IMG/VR virus record: IMGVR_UViG_3300031993_000016
Origin: a virus
Taxonomy: Duplodnaviria; Caudoviricetes
DNA length: 64,000 bases
Strand: one strand, 5' to 3'
This document shows, piece by piece, positions 57,893 through 64,000 of this stretch. A program made the position numbers and the translations under genes. The first letter of the stretch is position 1. Every line of letters starts with the position of its first letter. A model generated the notes under the pieces. That model searched no databases. It saw nothing but the letters and a program-made list of their open reading frames with translations, and was not told where the DNA came from.

Positions 57893-58810
57893 TTACACCT
57901 CCCATCCTAATGTAGTAAATATTTCAGGGTGATTAGCATAGTCCTGATAGTTATCAAGTAACACAGGATTTAACGAATTGCACAGATTGTAGATGCTATA
58001 CTGATCAAGATAGAGATCTTGTTTGTTATCTGTGCATAATTTGTCTAAACCTTTGTCTAATAAGATATCCCACAGCACTACTGCATCTAGCGTCATATCT
58101 TGTGGACTATGATTCTTGCAGAATTGATACACCGGATAAGGTACTACATATTTGTTCTTAGCATCAGTAGTCGCAAGCGAATCAATCCAATTTTGAAACT
58201 CAAACTCAAATGATGCTACACTGTTATCGTGGATCGCTTTACCATACATGACCACCACACCTTGCACCCATTCTGGAAACTTTCGCATACTATACTTGAA
58301 CGTGCTACCTGTGATAGTTTTATGAAATCTAGTTTCAAACCAAGTCCACAATAGACTTGCACATCTCTGTGCATATATAGGACCTGATTTTGATGCGGCA
58401 GGTAACTGAGCTAAACATTCAGTATAGTTTGCAAACACTTTGCGTCGTAGATTGATTGAAAGTGCTGTTTGAGACGCTGTAGTTTCGGATGCTTGAAGTA
58501 ATGCAGACGTTTCGGATCTTTGTGACTCTGCAGACCCTCTAGTGAAATCTTGTACTTTAGTTATCTGATACTCCATGTCATCTAATACATCAGATATAGT
58601 TGATGAACTTTCCCCGAATTCATCGCTATCATCTTTTAGTATCTCTTCCTGCAATATATCAGATATGAGTGCAACAACTTGATTACAGTTATCTGCAATT
58701 TCTCTCAACCTATCACGAGACTTAGTATAGAGCTTAGACTCATTTGAAGATACTTCTTCAACATATGCAAGTAATTTTTCAACACTCTTTTTGGCACTAT
58801 GAACATCCAC
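57893..58810 (-). CDS. Hypothetical protein
   Basis: 305-aa ORF; AGGAGG RBS; class M motif at 58863-58872. Confidence 0.75.
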   Translation of the reverse strand: MDVHSAKKSVEKLLAYVEEVSSNESKLYTKSRDRLREIADNCNQVVALISDILQEEILKDDSDEFGESSSTISDVLDDMEYQITKVQDFTRGSAESQRSETSALLQASETTASQTALSINLRRKVFANYTECLAQLPAASKSGPIYAQRCASLLWTWFETRFHKTITGSTFKYSMRKFPEWVQGVVVMYGKAIHDNSVASFEFEFQNWIDSLATTDAKNKYVVPYPVYQFCKNHSPQDMTLDAVVLWDILLDKGLDKLCTDNKQDLYLDQYSIYNLCNSLNPVLLDNYQDYANHPEIFTTLGWEV

Positions 58811-58884
58811 TGTTCTGTACCTCCTAACTAAGCAACTGGAACAATTAGTTCCGCATAACCTATAACGAATTTAGTACAACAAAA

Positions 58885-59046
58885 CGGGTGCGGCGTTAGA
58901 ATGTGAGATTGTCCTCTTTCCACAGCTAGTGACTCACGACGTAGTGTCTAGAACACTACCGGCTACTATAAAACTGGAACTGTGCGGAGGCGACAGGTGC
59001 GGCCGCCGTCTCCACCAGACAATCTCACATTCTAACGCCGCACCCG
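58885..59046. repeat. Perfect 29-bp inverted repeat enclosing a 104-nt structured core
   Basis: CGGGTGCGGCGTTAGAATGTGAGATTGTC at 58885-58913 and its exact reverse complement at 59018-59046. Confidence 0.95.
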
Positions 59047-59144
59047 CTAGAAGTAATTTCTACGTGGACATGATAAACAGCAAGAATAAGTAAATGACAG
59101 ATGATATCATGACCGAAATCTATTCTATTTAACCCTACACCAAT

Positions 59145-59173
59145 AGTATATTATAACTTGACCAAGAAGTCAA
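59145..59173 (-). promoter_or_regulatory. Sigma70-type promoter facing the inverted-repeat element
   Basis: TTGACT-N17-TATACT. Confidence 0.7.
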
Positions 59174-59299
59174 TAGCTGATTTTAAGATTCTTTTAAAAA
59201 GTTTGACCTTACCCCATAGATTGATCTGTCGATTGTGCGTAGCGGTAAAATCTCAGTTTCAAAGAATGTCAATGCGTAGATCTTAAATTTTTACTATTG

Positions 59300-59560
59300 A
59301 GTGATTTTTTAGTGAGGCGAACGAAGTGAGCTAGCGAGCTTTGCGAGCTATTTTTTAGTGAGGTTTGGAGGGCGCTTGCGAGCCACTACTGTGTGGCGAG
59401 CTTAATTAATATTAATTAATATTATTATTATTAAATTAATATTAAAAGAATTAATATTATTAATATTGCGGCCTTAGATTTTTGGAGTAAAACGGGAAAT
59501 ATTCTGTATCACTTTTGCAACTTTTTGTCACTTTTTCTACATCACTTTTGCAATTTTCTA
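59300..59560. other. Putative replication origin region
   Basis: Four GCGAGC copies, two TTTTTTAGTGAGG, an almost pure A/T tract at about 59402-59467 and three TCACTTTT; non-coding; strand switch next to the replication operon. Confidence 0.5.
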
Positions 59561-59743
59561 CCTAATTTTATATAAGTACTTTTGATATTAATCACTCACT
59601 TTATTAAACTTAAAAATTCCGGAGAAAATAAGTGTAAAATATCAAATTGATATTATAAAATTTAACATAAATTATCAAAAGTTATTTAGAAAATCTAGCA
59701 GAACTTATCAGATTTTCACATGTAAAATCATCCGTTTTGCATC

Positions 59744-59772
59744 TTGAATTCAAGTATCAAATTTGCTATAAT
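59744..59772 (+). promoter_or_regulatory. Sigma70-type promoter with extended -10
   Basis: TTGAAT-N17-TATAAT with TGn before the -10. Confidence 0.7.
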
Positions 59773-59878
59773 ACATGTACATATTCTATATGAAATCATA
59801 AAATCGTTATAGAAAATACGCATAATTGTGTAGTATAACATGTAGGTTAGATTGAATAATTCAAAGGAGGTCAATGAT

Positions 59879-60463
59879 ATGAATGAAACTTGGAAACACA
59901 TTGATGGATTACCACTAGGATATGAAATATCCGATGCAGGTAACATAAGAGAGAATTATGGTGATCATTATGAAATAATGAGATTGTCTAAATCGGGCAA
60001 GTATTTGACGTTTTGTATACGAGGTAAACAGTTGTTAGTACATAGACTAGTTGCTGATGCATTCTTGCCTAAACCAAACATACAGATAGGTAGGTGGGTA
60101 ATACTACACTTAGATGGAGACACGCATAATAATGCAGTAACTAATTTGCAGTGGATCAATGCTGTAGATCTATATTTTACAAAGGCTCATAATGAATGTA
60201 TTATAAGATGTATAGAAGATCAGCTCACATTCAATTCAATACAGACTGCAAGTGCATTTTATGGTATTCCTACATATACTTTGACAGCATGTATAGATGC
60301 AGATACAAGCATATGCGGATTACATTTTCAGCGTATGCCGTCTATAGAAGTTAAGGACTGCGATATTATAGCATCCGGATCGCAAATCACACACATCTTA
60401 GCAAATATGTCATATGTCGATCTTGCAGAACTGCAAACAGCGATGAAACAGTTGAACAAATAA
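59879..60463 (+). CDS. NUMOD4/HNH endonuclease
   Basis: ETWK...YEISDAG; VHRLVADAF; HLDGD.HNN...NLQW. Confidence 0.85.
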   Translation: MNETWKHIDGLPLGYEISDAGNIRENYGDHYEIMRLSKSGKYLTFCIRGKQLLVHRLVADAFLPKPNIQIGRWVILHLDGDTHNNAVTNLQWINAVDLYFTKAHNECIIRCIEDQLTFNSIQTASAFYGIPTYTLTACIDADTSICGLHFQRMPSIEVKDCDIIASGSQITHILANMSYVDLAELQTAMKQLNK

Positions 60464-60760
60464 TCTAAGAATCTGTTCAAGCCTGCCATTAACTTGGTGG
60501 GCTCATTTTTATGAAAAAAAATTCGTTAAATTTAATAAGAAACCAGTTGATTTTTGTCTATTTTTATTATATATTAATAATGTAGACAGTTTTACATATT
60601 TCTACTATTCTATGATCTATACCCACAACCCTACAATTCAAAAAAAATATTTTTCCCACAATTTTTAACAGTTCATGTGCGAGTGAGCACCTGCTGTAAA
60701 GTTAATCTGTGTACTTCACGGAAATAATATGTAAAGTTTTGAGTAAAGGAAGTAACCGAG

Positions 60761-61552
60761 ATGGCAACAAATGTGGCGAACAACAATGCGTATATTAAGC
60801 AGCGTACTTTAGAAATCTATGAATCTATGCCCCAAGATAAAGCACTTCGTATGAATTGTCTTAAGGAGCGAGATGAGATCATAGAACTAAATTACGCGTT
60901 TTTTGGTTTTATAGCAACACATACATTTATCAACAATACCACAGTAACTTATGAAGATAAGCTACAATCAGCACTTTTACACTTCTGTGAATGTTTCTGG
61001 TGGTATAAATGGAAGGGTGACGAAACGCACAAAGCATATAGAGATGACCTCGCATTTACTGTGTTTTTCAAACCCCGTATAGGTGAAATGATAGAGCGAG
61101 AGTTGAATGAAGTTAAATATTCAATTCGTCGCTCTTTATGTATGGAAGTTGGTGATATGATAGGTAAACATTGGGGCAAAGTAACTTATGAAGATTTATC
61201 TGACCCTCGTGTTAATTTATCTGCTGAAAAAATGACATCATTGAAAGCAATATTCGGTGTATTATACACAGCAGATCTAGACGAGCATGCATTATTTATT
61301 TCATCACCAAATGTTAATAACTGCTCAGGATTGATTACAGATAAGTATAACACCATACAAGAACTGCTTATACAAGAAATGATCGCAGAAGAATCTAAAT
61401 TAGATGATAAGCACCTTAAAGAGATGTCAGAAATCTATGATGTAGATATGTATATACTTAAAGCAAATTTACCGCAAGCTGAAAACACGCTTTATTGCAG
61501 ATTAAAAGCACAGCGTGATTTGCGAGATGCTTTTGAAGGTGATATTGAGTAA
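60761..61552 (+). CDS. Putative phage sigma factor (sigma70 family)
   Basis: RDEIIELNY.F..FIA...YEDKLQSA......F..FFKPRI...I.REL region-2 pattern. Confidence 0.7.
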   Translation: MATNVANNNAYIKQRTLEIYESMPQDKALRMNCLKERDEIIELNYAFFGFIATHTFINNTTVTYEDKLQSALLHFCECFWWYKWKGDETHKAYRDDLAFTVFFKPRIGEMIERELNEVKYSIRRSLCMEVGDMIGKHWGKVTYEDLSDPRVNLSAEKMTSLKAIFGVLYTADLDEHALFISSPNVNNCSGLITDKYNTIQELLIQEMIAEESKLDDKHLKEMSEIYDVDMYILKANLPQAENTLYCRLKAQRDLRDAFEGDIE

Positions 61553-61559
61553 CAATGCA

Positions 61560-61598
61560 AAAGCGACGAATACTTTCGCCCTAGTATTCGCCGCTTTC
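61560..61598. terminator. Hairpin between convergent genes
   Basis: AAAGCGACGAATACT...AGTATTCGCCGCTTT. Confidence 0.65.
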
Positions 61599-61628
61599 GT
61601 ATATCTCAAATATGGCAATTAAGATCGT

Positions 61629-62090
61629 TTAGAGTAGATCAAGTTCTTGCGCATCTTCTACTATCTGATAAAGATGATGACCGGCATTAAGTAATTCAAT
61701 AGCTGCATCATCAATGTCTACCGAAGGTGAGATCTCATATTTGCTGAGATATCTTTTTATGATAGTATCATCAGCCTCAACTACGTAACCTGCTTCATAT
61801 AGTGTGTTGAATCCAAAATCCTCTAATGCAAGTTCTGGATCAACTTCTTCGCCTAATATGTTAATTCCATATCCATCAGTTACACATAAGACGAAGTCAT
61901 CGCCTATCATCTCAGACCCATACAGATGACTTAAATCAAATGCATTGAATCCACCTTCGTTTACAAGATATTTCATAACAATATTACTATCATTTTCATA
62001 TACTGACTTAAGAGCATCTTCAGTTATAATGTAAAAGGTTGTACCTATCTGCTCTGCTTCTTGTATATCTGCACCAAGTACTGTTCTCAT
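61629..62090 (-). CDS. Acidic hypothetical protein
   Basis: GAGGT RBS. Confidence 0.7.
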   Translation of the reverse strand: MRTVLGADIQEAEQIGTTFYIITEDALKSVYENDSNIVMKYLVNEGGFNAFDLSHLYGSEMIGDDFVLCVTDGYGINILGEEVDPELALEDFGFNTLYEAGYVVEADDTIIKRYLSKYEISPSVDIDDAAIELLNAGHHLYQIVEDAQELDLL

Positions 62091-62105
62091 ATTTATTACC
62101 TCACT

Positions 62106-62492
62106 TTATGAATTAACTCCGCCTTTTTGTTTTGTTCGCTTATCTCCAGTGAGTTTAGCGAATGGATATTTACCTCTAATGTACTGCCAAAACGAATGAC
62201 CCTTTGAAGGAGCGCTTATTAACTTTCTATATATGATAATTGGAACATCGAAGTATACGTATACATCACCAGCCCCACCATTGTTACCTTTAAACTGAAT
62301 ATACAAATTGCAGGTTTTGTCTTCAGCACGTTTTATATCTACACAATATGACCAGATGTTAGATGAATTAACACGGATCATATTCTTTGTAATTTCACGA
62401 GAAGACATACCAGCTTTAATAACTTGTTTATCTATGATATCACAAGTAGCAATCTTCAATATTTCTACTTTCGGGTTTCGGGTTATCTGCAT
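62106..62492 (-). CDS. KTSC-domain protein
   Basis: VNSSNI..Y......L.IQF....Y.YFDVP...Y..L..APSKG..F...IR.KY. Confidence 0.8.
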   Translation of the reverse strand: MQITRNPKVEILKIATCDIIDKQVIKAGMSSREITKNMIRVNSSNIWSYCVDIKRAEDKTCNLYIQFKGNNGGAGDVYVYFDVPIIIYRKLISAPSKGHSFWQYIRGKYPFAKLTGDKRTKQKGGVNS

Positions 62493-62501
62493 AACAGCTC
62501 C

Positions 62502-62921
62502 TTATCTCGATAACATATCATATAATTCATCTGTATCACTTCTGTCAGCTACACGATATGTAACACCATCCTTAACATGAGTACTGCGTTCACAGGACGG
62601 AGAATAAATAGTATAGCCCATTTTCTTGAATCTCTTATAAATATCGCTATTCCACCAATCCGGTATTACATATTTTGGAGAATAGATAGTATTTGGTTCA
62701 ATAGCTTTTACAAACGTTGCAGGAACTTTTACAACTCTGTCAGATAATCCATATATGTATAATGTACCTTCAAATGAATCATCATATACATATAATGTCT
62801 CATAGTTTCTAGCTTTCCAATCAGTGTTGTTCCAGATTTCAATATCAGCATCTGACCACTCACTAAGGTCTGCACGTTCCCATGGATCATATGTATATGT
62901 TGATTTTATATATCGTTTCAT
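62502..62921 (-). CDS. Hypothetical protein with MKRYIKST N-terminus
   Basis: ATG at 62921 after AGGAGG; class L motif at about 63020-63030. Confidence 0.75.
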   Translation of the reverse strand: MKRYIKSTYTYDPWERADLSEWSDADIEIWNNTDWKARNYETLYVYDDSFEGTLYIYGLSDRVVKVPATFVKAIEPNTIYSPKYVIPDWWNSDIYKRFKKMGYTIYSPSCERSTHVKDGVTYRVADRSDTDELYDMLSR

Positions 62922-63170
62922 TCTGTACCTCCTACTTATCAATTATCATGTTCATCACAGTTGTGAAATGATAATGCTGCATATCTTCATCGTTCTTGTT
63001 ATCTACATCTATCATAATTAAATAAGGTTCTTTTACAAAGAAATAGCAGGTAAACTTTATATTATTATTTCAAAAATATAAATAATTATAAATTTTTATA
63101 AATATTTAACCTTTTATTTTTATGAACTCATCAAAATATATATGTATCTACAAATGAAAGGAATGATATA

Positions 63171-63788
63171 ATGCGAGCAAAAGAAGCATTAGAACTTTTA
63201 CAAGTTCATCGTGTTACTCTTAATAGATATGTACGTGAAGGCGTTATTAGAGTAACAAAATTATCAAATGGTAGATATGAATATAATGATGAAGATGTGC
63301 TTAGATTCATAGGTAAGAAGCAAAAAACACATAGTACTAAAGTAATTTCATATTCAAGAGTATCTACACAATCACAAAAATCACAATTAAAAGAACAAAC
63401 ACAAAGAATTTATGATAGTTGTACTTCAAGAGGTCTTACCTTAGATGAACAATATGAAGATATCGGTTCTGGTATGTCATCTGACAGAAAAAACTTTAAT
63501 AAAATCTGCCAAATGATATTTCACGGTGATGTTGAATTGTTAATTATTGAAAATAAAGACCGTCTTGTTCGTTTTGGTTTCGATATGCTTGAAAAGTTTT
63601 TTAGTTATTTTGGTTGTAAGATACTTGTTTTAAATGACTCAATAGAAAATAAATCTTATGAACAAGAACTTACAGATGACCTTATATCTGTTATTCATTA
63701 TTTTACAATGAAATCCTATTCACACAGGCGTAAATTAAATAAACTAAGAAGGGAACTAGAGAATGAAACAAAATCTAATAACTCTTAA
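63171..63788 (+). CDS. tnpA: IS607-family serine transposase
   Basis: N-terminal MerR-like HTH; YSRVST; DIGSG; ENKDRLVRFGF; ELTDDL. Confidence 0.92.
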   Translation: MRAKEALELLQVHRVTLNRYVREGVIRVTKLSNGRYEYNDEDVLRFIGKKQKTHSTKVISYSRVSTQSQKSQLKEQTQRIYDSCTSRGLTLDEQYEDIGSGMSSDRKNFNKICQMIFHGDVELLIIENKDRLVRFGFDMLEKFFSYFGCKILVLNDSIENKSYEQELTDDLISVIHYFTMKSYSHRRKLNKLRRELENETKSNNS

Positions 63789-64000
63789 AATTAAATATTC
63801 TTGTAATACTTCAATTTTAGATGTTATTAGACAGTATAATTCTGTACTTAAATTCACTTATAATCGATTAGTAGAGAATTCAAAATTAAAAACTTCTGAA
63901 ATTACGCAGTTACAGAAAAATCTTAATAATTGTGATTTAATAGGGTCTCATTTAAGAAATTCAGCTATATATGATGCAAAATCTTTAGTAGAGCATTCTG
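63763..64000 (+). CDS. tnpB: Probable TnpB (partial, runs off the window)
   Basis: Open frame MKQNLITLKIKY...FTYNRL overlapping the tnpA end, the usual IS607 layout; RuvC domain not visible. Confidence 0.6.
   Translation, partial: MKQNLITLKIKYSCNTSILDVIRQYNSVLKFTYNRLVENSKLKTSEITQLQKNLNNCDLIGSHLRNSAIYDAKSLVEHS

Noticed and set aside
58885-59046. Retron msr/msd call for the inverted-repeat element
   Set aside because: No reverse transcriptase is present in the window and I cannot identify a branching G or msd stem; kept only as an unexplained element.
235-62580. Numerous short ORFs antisense to or nested in long genes (e.g. 235-450, 29415-29825, 49629-49961)
   Set aside because: They are shadow frames without RBS or recognisable motifs.
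1-64000. Stop-codon reassignment and tRNA genes
   Set aside because: Core genes are full length in the standard code and all three stops are used; no tRNA cloverleaf was recognised by eye (not machine-scanned).

Overview
This is a 64 kb segment of a large AT-rich contractile-tailed (myovirus-like) dsDNA phage, probably infecting a Firmicute (strong GGAGG ribosome-binding sites, sigma-A-like promoters). Almost all genes are on the minus strand. From right to left it holds: the left part of an IS607 element; a sigma-like gene; a non-coding origin-like region with a 29-bp inverted-repeat element; a replication block (helicase loader-like, DnaB, primase, a second sigma-like gene, QueD-like, SSB, family A polymerase with a LAGLIDADG intein, beta-clamp, Cas4-like nuclease, DnaX with an Ala-start mini-intein, RecA, resolvase, HolA/HolB-like); a TGT/DpdA-like gene and a dNTP diphosphohydrolase; NUMOD4/HNH genes; packaging and neck genes (terminase, an apparently dead NAD-ligase, portal); and the tail sheath. 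About 10 kb of accessory genes separate the sheath from the tail tube gene, which is split by two ORF-less group I introns whose splice sites can be reconstructed exactly. The most unusual signals are: (1) a two-copy leader RNA with a covarying pseudoknot over the Shine-Dalgarno of nuclease genes; (2) a six-member family of Zn-finger/KYGV-repeat/Vsr-like nucleases whose C-terminal domain is either Mom-like GNAT or a DNA methyltransferase; (3) a shared MK(R/K)YIKS N-terminal tag on unrelated late proteins; (4) two phage-specific promoter motifs matched in number by two phage sigma-like genes; and (5) a promoter-linked structured element closed by a perfect 29-bp inverted repeat. All protein calls come from recognising motifs by eye; no database searches were run.
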